64,000 nucleotides of DNA from Sedimentisphaerales bacterium (GTDB lineage Bacteria; Planctomycetota; Phycisphaerae; Sedimentisphaerales; SM23-30): NCBI GenBank assembly GCA_963666285.1, contig OY762711.1, one strand, 5' to 3'. Numbering within the stretch: position 1 is the first letter of the stretch; each line of letters starts with the position of its first letter. Made by a program: the position numbers and the translations under genes. The notes beneath the pieces are model-generated. The model saw only the letters and a list, made by a program, of their open reading frames with translations. It did not search any database and had not been told where the DNA came from. Shown in pieces: positions 26,362 through 36,585 of this stretch.

Positions 26362-28203
26362 TTATTCTACTAGCCTTTGGCGTTTTCCCAATAATATAAC
26401 ATCCTTTAATGCAGCAGTATCTTTAGCTTTTAACCATGTTTTCTCAAAATTTTCATGTTGAATAATCTGGCAAACAGCTGCTAATGACTGCAAGTGGAAA
26501 GCACGTTCATCTTTTGTGCCCATTAAAATAAATACAGTGTGAACATGAGGTCTGCTTTCGTTAAATTTAATGCCTTCTTTGCATCGAGCTAGAATAACAT
26601 CAAAATGTTTTTGGCCCGGAACAACAATATGTGGAATAGCCAAAAAATCGTTCAATACAGTTGAGCTTTCTTTTTCTCTTTCCATAAGCATATCATAAAC
26701 TTTGCTTTCAGGCAGTTCCAGGGAATCGCAAATAGACTCGGCAGCTTTGCGGAAAAATTCTGCAAGGGTTATTCCTTCGTCAATGTCTATAACCGTACAT
26801 TTTTCAATTAAATGGTCAAATCTATCTTTAAGTACCTGATCGCGTTCGTGAACGATATCTTTTAATTCTGTTTCAAGGTGGTGGTCAGTAAGTTTTCTGT
26901 CTGAAACTCTTTCAATTAAATGAAGTAGTGCGTATTCTCTACCCGTGTGCGCTCGTCCATAAAACCAGTAAACTATGAAACCAACCAGGATAAAGGCCAG
27001 GCTGGTCAATATTGCCTTTAAGCCGGTTTCATAGAGAATAAATGACATTCCAGCCATACCAAATACCTGTACCCAGGGGTATAGAGGTGAATGGAATTGA
27101 GGTTTATAATTTTGAATACGACTTTCTCTAAGAATAATAACAGCAAGGCAGGAGAAAATGTAAGTTAATATTAATACTGCAGAAGCAGCTTTTACTAAAG
27201 CTTCCATTTTTACAAACATAGCAGCTGATATTACTATTGTGGTAAGAAGCAATGAATAGTGAGGAGTTTTATATCTGGAATTTATATATCCAAGTTTTTC
27301 GGGGAGCATTTCATCCCTTGCCAATGCCAGAGGATATCTGCTGGCCGCCATAACACCGGAATTAGCAGAAGATACAAGACCAAGGATTGCAGCTGTTGCA
27401 ATCAGGATAGTTCCTATCTTATCATTAAGAATTGAAGCTGTTTTAGCTAAAGGTGCTTCGGATCCGGAAAGGGCCTCCCCGGCAACCGCAATTGCGGCAA
27501 AGACTACGCTAATATAAATAAACAAGATTGTCGCAAAAGCTAGAATCATTGCTTTTGGAATTGTAGATCCGGGATTTTTTATTTCTTCTGCGACGCTCGC
27601 TACTTTCAAAAACCCTCCATAACTGATAAATACAAAACCAGTGGCCGGTAATATTTCATCTAAACCTCTTGGTGCAAATGGTTTAAAGTTTATTACATCC
27701 ATCTGTGAATATGCTTTTATACAGAAATATGACAATATTGACACTATAATTGCAACCAGATATATTTGCATTTTCCCGGCACCTTTTGCACCCACCAGAT
27801 TTAGGCCTAAAAATGCAATACACAGCACTACAGCAATCGGCATATGCCAATTATTGCTGACGTGGCTGATAATAATGAGAAGGCTTGCCATAAAGACATA
27901 TTCATAGGCTACTTTTAATGCCAGTGACAGCCATGTGATCAGGCCATACACTGTACCTACTGCATCTCCCATTGAGCGTGTAACATAAAAATAGGTTCCG
28001 CCGGATTTAGGCATAGCACTGGCCAGCTCTGCTTGGCTTAAAAGTCCGGTAAGAGCAAGGATACCAGCAAAAATATAGCTAATTAGGACAGATGGGCCTG
28101 CTATTTCGTATGCCAGACCTGGCAGGACAAATAAGCTTGACAGCATAGCTCCACAGGCAATACAAAAAACGTCAAGTAAACCAAGTTCCTTCTTTAATTC
28201 CAT
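26362..28203 (-). CDS. APC family amino acid permease fused to a C-terminal PTS EIIA type-2 (Fru/Ntr-like) domain
   Basis: LKKELGL, ELASAMPKSGGTY, AEEIKNPG..IP, about 12 TMs; C-terminal MEREKESST....LAIPH phospho-His motif. Confidence 0.9.
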   Translation of the reverse strand: MELKKELGLLDVFCIACGAMLSSLFVLPGLAYEIAGPSVLISYIFAGILALTGLLSQAELASAMPKSGGTYFYVTRSMGDAVGTVYGLITWLSLALKVAYEYVFMASLLIIISHVSNNWHMPIAVVLCIAFLGLNLVGAKGAGKMQIYLVAIIVSILSYFCIKAYSQMDVINFKPFAPRGLDEILPATGFVFISYGGFLKVASVAEEIKNPGSTIPKAMILAFATILFIYISVVFAAIAVAGEALSGSEAPLAKTASILNDKIGTILIATAAILGLVSSANSGVMAASRYPLALARDEMLPEKLGYINSRYKTPHYSLLLTTIVISAAMFVKMEALVKAASAVLILTYIFSCLAVIILRESRIQNYKPQFHSPLYPWVQVFGMAGMSFILYETGLKAILTSLAFILVGFIVYWFYGRAHTGREYALLHLIERVSDRKLTDHHLETELKDIVHERDQVLKDRFDHLIEKCTVIDIDEGITLAEFFRKAAESICDSLELPESKVYDMLMEREKESSTVLNDFLAIPHIVVPGQKHFDVILARCKEGIKFNESRPHVHTVFILMGTKDERAFHLQSLAAVCQIIQHENFEKTWLKAKDTAALKDVILLGKRQRLVE

Positions 28204-28523
28204 TATTAACCCTTAAAGTAATGTCTTTTATATCAAATGATTTGCCATATTATTCACTGATAGTATTCAAAAATCAATATATTTATTTATGGACTGCCTA
28301 AGGTGCTAATGTGTTGATATCATCTGTAATTGCCTTTAGTGTTTTCCTTAAGTCGTGTTTTTGTAAACACATACATAAAAATCACATTGCGTAACTTTTT
28401 ATATATATATTTGATATGAATGCTGGATTATATCTCAAATTGTGACGATAATGATATAGAATATATTACCTGTATCTAATATGTGTATTAACAGGCTATT
28501 GAAAAGACAAATGGAGTGGAGTA

Positions 28524-30548
28524 ATGACTCAAACTTGTAAACAAAAGGAACCGGAATATAAAGATATAATGATTGATGATCATGATATTGATTATCTGCT
28601 TGAAAAGGAATGGCTAATTACAAATAGTAGAGGGAGCTATTCATCCGGTACAATTATTGGATGTAATACAAGAAGATACCATGGCCTGCTAATTGCTTCG
28701 CTTCATCCGCCGGTAGAACGAATTGTGACAGTAAGTAATTTGATTGAAACAGTCATGATTGATGGCAAGCATTATGATCTCTCAAGTTTTGAGTTTTCTG
28801 ATAGAATACATCCTGATGGGTATAGATATCTTAAAAAGTTTCGTTCAGACAGTGGGGTGCATTTTTACTTTGACTTAGACGGAATTGAAGTTCATAAGTC
28901 TATATATCTTTGTTATGATACAGATAGAGCAATAGTGTCATATGAATTTACTGGCGTAGGATCTAAAGAAGTGGTGCTGCATGTTACACCGCTTGTTGTA
29001 TTGCGAGATTTTCATTCGTTGCAAAATTCATCTGTCCCATTAACTGTCAAAAATGAAAATGGTTTATTAACAGTCCATCATTTGGACCCTTCCGGGCCTG
29101 CTGTTCACATGAAAATGCCTGATAGCAGCTTTGAGTCAAGCAGCGACTGGTGGTATTCAATGAAATACCGCGTTGAAACCTTTCGTGGCCAGCAAGATTA
29201 TGAAGATTTGTGTGCGGTTGGGACATATACGGTCAATGTTGAAGAAAATAAGCATTCATCATTGGTTATTTCAGCTTCATCTGGAATGAATTGTCTGGAA
29301 AATATGGACTTAACTCTAAAAGAGGTTAGAAGTAAAAGACAAGCACACAGAGATACGTTATATCAGCAATCAAATGCTAAGACAGAGCCAGAGAAAATGT
29401 TGACTCTCGCTGCTGATCAGTTTGTGGTGAGAAGGGCAATTAATAAGTCACAGGTATCAGCCAGCATATTAGCGGGATATCACTGGTTTGCAGATTGGGG
29501 TAGGGATACATTTATTGCCTTTACCGGCACATTATTATCAACTGGTAGGTATGATGAAGCTAAAGAAGTATTGGAAACTTTTGGTAGTGTTTTAGATCGT
29601 GGGCAAATTCCAAACCGGTTTGATGATTATGGTAACCCACCACATTACAACAGCATTGACGCATCTTTATGGTTTGTTAATGCCGCCTGGCAATATTTAC
29701 AGGCTACAGGCAACCTAAATCAGTTTCGTAGTCAGTTTCGTCCTATGCTGAAGAATATAATTACTAATTATCATGATGGCACAAGGGATAATATCCATGC
29801 CGAATCTGACGGCTTGGTTTCTGGTGGAGACGCAAACACACAGCTAACCTGGATGGATGCAAAGTGTAACGATACCGCTTTTACACCCAGATATGGCAAA
29901 GCTGTAGAAATTAACGCACTTTGGTATAATGCGCTAAAAATTATGTCTGAATCAGCTTCCAGCGCACAGGAAAAGAAAGAATATGAGTTAATGGCTGAAG
30001 TGACAGCTGAATCTTTTCGTGACAAATTCTGGAACCCGGAAACTACTTGTTTGTATGATTTTATTTATCCAGATGGTAATCCGGACGCGACAATAAGACC
30101 CAATCAGATATTCGCAGTATCGCTACCTTTCACATGTCTGTCTGATTCTCAGGCAGCAAGTGTAGTTTCTGTTGTAAAAGATCAATTATTGACACCATAT
30201 GGTCTCAGATCACTTAGTCCACTTGACAGTCGATATAGGGGGTATTATGGTGGAGATCAATTCCAGCGGGACAGTTCTTACCATCAGGGTACCGTATGGG
30301 GATGGTTAATTGGACCATTTATTGAGGCATTTCTCAAAATCAATGATTTCTCCGAATGTTCGCTTCGCCAGGCAATAGAATATATTAGCCCTTTAATTGA
30401 GCATGCCCGGTCAGGTGGCTGTATGGGCAGTGTTGCTGAAATATTTGATGGTGATTACCCTCATCGTCCAAAAGGTTGTATTGCTCAAGCCTGGAGTGTA
30501 GCAGAGTTATTACGAGTTCTTAAATTGATCAATAATCATAAACGATAA
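28524..30548 (+). CDS. Amylo-alpha-1,6-glucosidase / glycogen debranching enzyme (archaeal-type)
   Basis: EWLITN..G.Y, TRRYHGLL, AGYHWF.DWGRDT, LTWMDA, RPNQ, YHQGTVW, QAWSVAE. Confidence 0.93.
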   Translation: MTQTCKQKEPEYKDIMIDDHDIDYLLEKEWLITNSRGSYSSGTIIGCNTRRYHGLLIASLHPPVERIVTVSNLIETVMIDGKHYDLSSFEFSDRIHPDGYRYLKKFRSDSGVHFYFDLDGIEVHKSIYLCYDTDRAIVSYEFTGVGSKEVVLHVTPLVVLRDFHSLQNSSVPLTVKNENGLLTVHHLDPSGPAVHMKMPDSSFESSSDWWYSMKYRVETFRGQQDYEDLCAVGTYTVNVEENKHSSLVISASSGMNCLENMDLTLKEVRSKRQAHRDTLYQQSNAKTEPEKMLTLAADQFVVRRAINKSQVSASILAGYHWFADWGRDTFIAFTGTLLSTGRYDEAKEVLETFGSVLDRGQIPNRFDDYGNPPHYNSIDASLWFVNAAWQYLQATGNLNQFRSQFRPMLKNIITNYHDGTRDNIHAESDGLVSGGDANTQLTWMDAKCNDTAFTPRYGKAVEINALWYNALKIMSESASSAQEKKEYELMAEVTAESFRDKFWNPETTCLYDFIYPDGNPDATIRPNQIFAVSLPFTCLSDSQAASVVSVVKDQLLTPYGLRSLSPLDSRYRGYYGGDQFQRDSSYHQGTVWGWLIGPFIEAFLKINDFSECSLRQAIEYISPLIEHARSGGCMGSVAEIFDGDYPHRPKGCIAQAWSVAELLRVLKLINNHKR

Positions 30549-30650
30549 CTATTATTTGAGAAGTGCTAATCTACTTGATATTGCGTCATAATTCGTATAT
30601 TATCAATATGAGAGATATTGTTAAGTAGAAAACTGTACGAGGACCGTAAA

Positions 30651-31292
30651 TTGTATATTAAAACCTTTGAGTTAGGCACTTTCCAAACAAATTGCTATAT
30701 CCTGACTTCGCCGGCAAGCAGTGACAGGTGTATTATCCTGGATCCGGGCTTTGAGGCTGAACCGTTAGTGGATTTCCTTACAGAATATCACTGGACTCCT
30801 GAAATGATACTTTTAACGCATGGTCACAGTGATCATATCGCTGGAATTCCAATGTTAAAAAAACATTTTCCCGGAATACCTGTTTATATTAGCAAGGGAG
30901 ATGCAGATAAGCTTACAGACCCTGTACAAAATCTATCAGCAATGTTGGGTTTGAATGTAGTAGTTGGTAAAGCGGATAAATTACTTAGTGAAGGTGATAT
31001 TATAGAGTTTTACAATGAAAAATTAGAAGTATTGGAAACTCCTGGTCATACAAAAGGTGGGATATGTTTTATTAACCGCCAAGACAATATGGTATTTACC
31101 GGGGATACTTTATTTGCAAATTCTATTGGACGCACAGACTTTCCGGATGGTAATTTCAGTCAAATTATGTCTTCTATTAAAGATAAGTTATCTATATTAC
31201 CCGCAGATACCAGCGTTCATCCCGGGCATGGCATTTCCAGCACAATAGGTCAAGAAAATCATTTGAACCCATATCTTAATGGCGAAATATAA
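30651..31292 (+). CDS. MBL-fold metallo-hydrolase (glyoxalase II/YcbL-like)
   Basis: LTHGHSDHI, TPGHT, FTGDTLF..SIGRTD, HPGHG; TTG at 30651 preceded by GAGGA (alternative start 30618). Confidence 0.92.
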   Translation: MYIKTFELGTFQTNCYILTSPASSDRCIILDPGFEAEPLVDFLTEYHWTPEMILLTHGHSDHIAGIPMLKKHFPGIPVYISKGDADKLTDPVQNLSAMLGLNVVVGKADKLLSEGDIIEFYNEKLEVLETPGHTKGGICFINRQDNMVFTGDTLFANSIGRTDFPDGNFSQIMSSIKDKLSILPADTSVHPGHGISSTIGQENHLNPYLNGEI

Positions 31293-31331
31293 TATGCGTA
31301 AATAAGTATTTTAGGGTTTGTTGGATATTGT

Positions 31332-32714
31332 TTAGTTACCGGTTATATGCAATAATTTGCATGCTTTTTTATATGGCTTTTTAATATCTTCAACAGCTTT
31401 TCGTATTTTGATAGTATAAAATAATCTTTTGAATTTGTCGTCTTGTTCGTATAGCCTAACCCCAATCTTAGCATATTTCATTGCATTTATGTAGTGACCT
31501 GTTTTGAGGTAAGAGTAGGCTATATTGTAAAGTGTCGGGCCGTGTTCTGGGTTTATCTGTAATATCTGCTGTGAGATACTAATGGCATAATCATACATTT
31601 CATGCCTGTAATAACAAAGACTTAAGTTGTATAATGTGTGAAAATCGTCTGGTCTTTGACTTGCTGCTCTTTCCAGGCAATCAATGGCCTCTCGGCTGGC
31701 TCCGACTTCTTCCAGCATGCAACCCAGGGAATTTAGTATTTTGCAGTCGCCCACATCAAGCATATATTCTGCAATTAGATGGTCTCTGGCATTAGCAATT
31801 TGGCCCAGTTTCAAATAGCATTGACCAAGTCGGAAATGTGGGCCTGCTAGATTGCGGTTGAATTCTAATGCCTTTAGGAAAAACTCTACTGCGCGAGCAA
31901 TTCTGCCTTTTTGTAAGTAAATCTCACCTAAATAATGATTTGCCTGGGCATTTTGTGGCTCAATTTCCAATACGCGATAAAATTTCCCTCTAGCTTCTCC
32001 TAATTCATTATTTTCTAACAACATCAGGCCGTAATCCATTAGGATCTTGCAATTGCCTGGTTCTGTTCTTAAAGCATTAGTATAATATTCTCTTGCTTTA
32101 TCCAGGTCTCCACTGACGCGAAGGGCCTGTGCAATTCTGAATTCTATTTGAGGGTGATCTGGGTCTAACTTCATTGTTTGCTGCCAACACCAGATAGCCT
32201 TTTCGTATTTCTGCCTGAAAAACAATGAGTTACCGATATTATAGTAGCACAAAGGGCAATGTTCTTTTATTGTACGTGCCATATAGAACATTTGCTCTGC
32301 TTTATCGTGCTGGCCCATTTCGGTATATGTTATGATTCTATTGCAATAACAGGGTTCAAATTCCGGATCAATTTGTTCCATTTCTTCAAATATTTTCACA
32401 GCCATGTCATATTCACCTATACGTGTATAGTCAACACCAAGGCAGTTCAATATTTCCAGGTCGTTTGGACAATGATTCCTCGACTGTTCAAAAACTTCAA
32501 TGGCTTCTTTGAATTTACCCAAACTATCTAAGGTAAGGCCAAGGTTAAATAGCCAGTCGGAATTTGCCGGGTTGATTTTTATGGCAGATTTGAGCATTTT
32601 CATTGCAGACTCAATATCGCCATTTTCATAAAAATCACGTGCCTGTTCTGCCTGAGATTCGGCATCAGACCAGTCACCGGAGTTGAACGAATTATCATCA
32701 AAATCATAATACAT
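31332..32714 (-). CDS. Tetratricopeptide repeat protein
   Basis: Many consecutive TPRs (A...NP.....FNLG..L..LG...EAI..F). Confidence 0.9.
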   Translation of the reverse strand: MYYDFDDNSFNSGDWSDAESQAEQARDFYENGDIESAMKMLKSAIKINPANSDWLFNLGLTLDSLGKFKEAIEVFEQSRNHCPNDLEILNCLGVDYTRIGEYDMAVKIFEEMEQIDPEFEPCYCNRIITYTEMGQHDKAEQMFYMARTIKEHCPLCYYNIGNSLFFRQKYEKAIWCWQQTMKLDPDHPQIEFRIAQALRVSGDLDKAREYYTNALRTEPGNCKILMDYGLMLLENNELGEARGKFYRVLEIEPQNAQANHYLGEIYLQKGRIARAVEFFLKALEFNRNLAGPHFRLGQCYLKLGQIANARDHLIAEYMLDVGDCKILNSLGCMLEEVGASREAIDCLERAASQRPDDFHTLYNLSLCYYRHEMYDYAISISQQILQINPEHGPTLYNIAYSYLKTGHYINAMKYAKIGVRLYEQDDKFKRLFYTIKIRKAVEDIKKPYKKACKLLHITGN

Positions 32715-32851
32715 AGCATACCTCTTGTAATTAGTATTTTTACACTTTTGTTATCGACAAAGAAGTATAACTACATTACAAAAATATGGATTTTTCTATT
32801 TACAATATACTTCTTAAGTTATTAACAGGAAGGATGTTACAAGTGAGGGGC

Positions 32852-32898
32852 AAAAAAAAACGTCCCTGCACGAGAAATAGTTCCCCGCACAGGGCCGC
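32852..32898 (-). terminator. Orphan intrinsic terminator on the minus strand
   Basis: Minus strand GCGGCCCTGTGCGGGGAA-CTA-TTTCTCGTGCAGGGACG followed by T9; several G-U pairs work only on the minus strand. Confidence 0.75.
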
Positions 32899-32986
32899 AT
32901 TACGAAAGGAGCCTTATGATCTATTTTAATATATGTTCATTTTCTACATATATTAGATTATAATACATTTTATGTTAACAATGCTT

Positions 32987-33014
32987 TTATCGGTGAGATA
33001 AAAATGGAACTTAA
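32987..33014 (-). promoter_or_regulatory. Sigma28 (FliA/WhiG)-like promoter candidate
   Basis: Minus strand TTAAGTTCCATTTTTATCTCACCGATAA = TAAG-N15-ACCGATAA. Confidence 0.55.
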
Positions 33015-33215
33015 TATAAATAAAGACTAATTTATCTCTATAAATTATATGTATTGGTGAATTGTATCGATTATGACAATTGATATTAGCGTTTTTGTTA
33101 ATATTTGGATACAATGGTGTTAAAATAGGTAAAATATGCTCAGGTGGTATTATCTTAATTGAATAAGTTCAAAGTTTGAAATACAGAATTTAACGCATAA
33201 TAAAAGATAAATCTT

Positions 33216-33566
33216 ATGAGCAAGAAGGAAGAATATAAACGAATGAACAATAAAGAGTGCCAATCTTGTCCTCACACAGACAAGTGCAGGGAAGTCTGGT
33301 CTGAAGAAAATCGTGGCCCGCTTTCTCCTAAAGGCTTAGTTATTTGCAGTATATCTGCATTTTTACTACCATTAGTATTAGCTATTATATTCGGTACTGC
33401 TTCTAGAGCCTATGGTTTTACTGAAACAATACAGATATTTTCAGCATTATTGGGGTTTGTTATTGGTGTTGCTGTTGCTATTGTAATTGTTTATTACGCA
33501 AAAGATCGCTTCAAACGGGATATTCCACACAAGGATTGCATAAATGCCAATGAAGAATTGGTTTAA
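33216..33566 (+). CDS. Small membrane protein, RseC/MucC-like
   Basis: CxxCx5C cluster followed by AFLLPL and two TM helices; start may be Met at 33243. Confidence 0.55.
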   Translation: MSKKEEYKRMNNKECQSCPHTDKCREVWSEENRGPLSPKGLVICSISAFLLPLVLAIIFGTASRAYGFTETIQIFSALLGFVIGVAVAIVIVYYAKDRFKRDIPHKDCINANEELV

Positions 33567-33579
33567 TGTGTTTTCTTGA

Positions 33580-34425
33580 TTAATACCCCGGATCGAAATA
33601 ATTGGGATCATTGATATTATTTTCGTCTAGATATTTGAGCTGCTTAAGATATTTTTCTTCTGCTTGATTGTGTAAACCAAATAATAATGAGGCAATAATT
33701 CCAACAAGGATTGATGATAATGAAGCATTAAGGATATTCTGGTCAAAATCACGTTTCATTAATATTATTAGAATAAATTGGTCAATTAGTAGATATATAG
33801 TCATTACTATTATAGTTGAGAGAATCGTAGAGCGATTCACTATAAACTTTGATTTTGGACTAATACATCTCCACCACATCATAGTAATAGTGCAATAGCA
33901 TGCCATATATGCCAGATCCAGCAATGGATTAAAGGATTCAGGAACAGTTACAAACGGGGTCTGGAGCGGCCAGTGGGTAAATACAAAAAATGCAATCCAA
34001 ATAAGGATTAACCAGTGACTGAGCTTTCTGATAAGGAAGATAATTAACAAAGAAGATAGTATACCAAGACTGTCAAAGCAAAGATCTACTATAGATGTTG
34101 TTCTGCCGACAAACCACTGGGTTAATTCGTCAAGCATTCCATAGCCAACAAGCATTAAAACAACAAACCATGTTTTTTTCTCTTTAAAAGTTGGCCTGGT
34201 ATCACGATAATAAGCCAGCCAGAAAAATATACCCAATCCCAAATATGCAACATAGTGCATAGTTTTATCTTTTCCTACTACTGTAACGGCAGGCAGTTTA
34301 CCTGTTGGAGTATGTGTTGCAATAAAAATAGTAAGCCAGTAAATGCACAGCACTGCCCACGGTATAAGTAAAACCAGGTGTTTGCGTAAGAAAGACAGAG
34401 TTTTGAAGGCCGGACCATAACTCAT
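33580..34425 (-). CDS. VanZ family membrane protein (apparently duplicated module)
   Basis: DKTMHYVAY, YGMLDELTQWFVGRT.S..D; second degenerate repeat beginning FTHWP. Confidence 0.8.
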   Translation of the reverse strand: MSYGPAFKTLSFLRKHLVLLIPWAVLCIYWLTIFIATHTPTGKLPAVTVVGKDKTMHYVAYLGLGIFFWLAYYRDTRPTFKEKKTWFVVLMLVGYGMLDELTQWFVGRTTSIVDLCFDSLGILSSLLIIFLIRKLSHWLILIWIAFFVFTHWPLQTPFVTVPESFNPLLDLAYMACYCTITMMWWRCISPKSKFIVNRSTILSTIIVMTIYLLIDQFILIILMKRDFDQNILNASLSSILVGIIASLLFGLHNQAEEKYLKQLKYLDENNINDPNYFDPGY

Positions 34426-35459
34426 ATGTTTCGAGATTCTCCTGTGTCTGGTGAAAGCTCAGAAACAATCGGTTGGCTTTGATAGTTATGTGGAGTATTG
34501 TCCGGAACTTCTATAATATTAGTCTGAGCATCAGTTAATGGCGTAGATTGAGCTTGTTCGATATCTGATAACTGGCTTTCTGATTTTTGATATGAAGAAT
34601 GATCATCATTATCAGTATTAAGATTATCAGGTGTTACGAGTTCACTTTTTTGACCAACAAGTGGGTCGCCATTTTCCATGAGAATTACTTCTGAAGCTAG
34701 CGCCCTGTAATCCTCTGCGCCATTACTTGAATTTTCGTATTCAAAAATAGTTTGCCCATAACTAGGTGACTCTGCCAGTTTGACATTTCTTCTGATTTTT
34801 GTGTCAAATATCCTGACATTACGCCATGGGCATTCAATAATTCTATGCTGGTTGACAAATTCCTGGATTTCTCCTACAACTTCATTTGATAAAGATAAAC
34901 GGCTGTCAAACATGCAGAAAAGCATACCTGTTACTGTCAGCTCTCTGTTTATTCTTTGCTGAACCAGTGTAACCGATTCAAGGAGTTGGCTAAGTCCCTG
35001 GAGAGATAAGAAATGAGGCTGCATCGGAATAAAGATTTCCCGGGCTGCTCCTAGAGCATTAAGTGTAAGCATACCAAGGGAGGGCGGACAGTCAATAAAT
35101 ACATAATCACATTCCTGTTGGTATCCTGAAATAGCGTCTCTGAGTATTGTTTCACGTCCTACAACAGAAACAAGTTCCTGCTCAGCAGCCGTTAAATTTA
35201 TACCAGAGCTAAGCAATTTCATTCCATCCTTAATATCAATAAGACACTCGGAAAGCTTTTTGTTCTGGCAGAGAAGTTCATAGCTGCTCAGTTGGACATC
35301 AAAAGGAGATACTCCCAAAAATGTTGTCAAATGGGCCTGTGGGTCCAGGTCAATCAAAATCACCTTGCGACCATTTGCAGCTAAGGCTGCTGCAAGATTT
35401 GCCGTTGTTGTGGTTTTTCCAACTCCACCTTTTTGGTTAGTTACTGCAATTATTCTCAT
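34422..35459 (-). CDS. ParA/Soj family ATPase with low-complexity C-terminal extension
   Basis: NQKGGVGKTTT, IDLDPQ, IDCPPSLG, IRRNVKLAESPS. Confidence 0.93.
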   Translation of the reverse strand: MRIIAVTNQKGGVGKTTTTANLAAALAANGRKVILIDLDPQAHLTTFLGVSPFDVQLSSYELLCQNKKLSECLIDIKDGMKLLSSGINLTAAEQELVSVVGRETILRDAISGYQQECDYVFIDCPPSLGMLTLNALGAAREIFIPMQPHFLSLQGLSQLLESVTLVQQRINRELTVTGMLFCMFDSRLSLSNEVVGEIQEFVNQHRIIECPWRNVRIFDTKIRRNVKLAESPSYGQTIFEYENSSNGAEDYRALASEVILMENGDPLVGQKSELVTPDNLNTDNDDHSSYQKSESQLSDIEQAQSTPLTDAQTNIIEVPDNTPHNYQSQPIVSELSPDTGESRNI

Positions 35460-35501
35460 GGATAAAAACTCATAATGAATTATATAAAATTGTGCTAAAA
35501 A

Positions 35502-36383
35502 TTAAAAAACTATAGAAGCATATCCAACACTGTTGATGTCAGATCTGCCAAATTTATTCTCGTAAACTTCAGAACTGCAGGTTTGCTTAAGGAGAATGCC
35601 TTTTGAAGAGCCTCTATCTAAAGCAAACTTGGTAGTAGCAGCTATTGCTCCAGCTCCACACGCATTTTTATAGGTTTCGGCCACATTAACAACTTGATCA
35701 TATTTCATAGAGCAAACCAAATCTATCATATATCTGTCATTAGTATTTTTGGCCCATTGTAACGCCTCGCGGCCGGTTCCCATATTAGTATTATAATAAC
35801 TGGGGCCATAGTGAGTGAGGTCTGTTGAACCTATTGCAACAGTATTGCATTTCTTGAGACCGGATACGACCTCTGCGGTGATTGTACCAATTTGCGAAGC
35901 TGATTCAATAGGTTGAACCATGATTGGTACAATTTTTGCGTCTGGAAATTGATACTGAATAAAAGGTACAATTACTTCAAGTGAATGTTCGTTGCTATGT
36001 CCCTGGTAATTGTTTAATAATAAGCCATCTGCTTTGTCAAGGAGTTCTGAAGCTAGGTCATAATCAATATCTATATTGCCTAAAGGAGTCGCCCAGCTGC
36101 CATCGCGGTAAATCATATGGTTATGAGAGTTTACTGAATGATTTGCCCCAAATAGGATAAAAGTATCTACATCCTGCTTTGACTTTAATGCCTTAAAAAA
36201 CATGCCGCATAAGTCACCACTAAATACCCAGCCTGCATGAGGAACTATTCCGGCCGATATTGTATCTGGGAGATCAGGTATTTCGGAATCATTTCCAAAA
36301 ATCAAATTGTATAAATCTTTTAAGCATTCTTCCCGGTCCGCACTATAAAACCGGCCTGCTGCTATTGCCATCCTGACTGACAT
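35502..36383 (-). CDS. amrB: AmmeMemoRadiSam system protein B (MEMO1 family)
   Basis: AGRFY, VPHAGWVFSG, WATPLG, EHSLEV..PF, STDLTHYG, SVGYAS. Confidence 0.92.
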   Translation of the reverse strand: MSVRMAIAAGRFYSADREECLKDLYNLIFGNDSEIPDLPDTISAGIVPHAGWVFSGDLCGMFFKALKSKQDVDTFILFGANHSVNSHNHMIYRDGSWATPLGNIDIDYDLASELLDKADGLLLNNYQGHSNEHSLEVIVPFIQYQFPDAKIVPIMVQPIESASQIGTITAEVVSGLKKCNTVAIGSTDLTHYGPSYYNTNMGTGREALQWAKNTNDRYMIDLVCSMKYDQVVNVAETYKNACGAGAIAATTKFALDRGSSKGILLKQTCSSEVYENKFGRSDINSVGYASIVF

Positions 36384-36444
36384 GTAATTTCAATCTCCGT
36401 TACGTAATCATTATAATGCACTATAATCACAATTATTACAGCAC

Positions 36445-36473
36445 TTGACTTTGAACATGATTTTCTGTATTAT
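36445..36473 (+). promoter_or_regulatory. Sigma70-type promoter candidate for efp
   Basis: TTGACT-N17-TATTAT. Confidence 0.55.
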
Positions 36474-36585
36474 ACATAACTTCTTGTTTTTGTTAAGTTT
36501 ATTATTTTGGGTATAGAGAAACATAATTGTTTGCGATTTAATACCCTAATTACTGTAAGTGTAGAAAGTATAGGAAGATACAACA

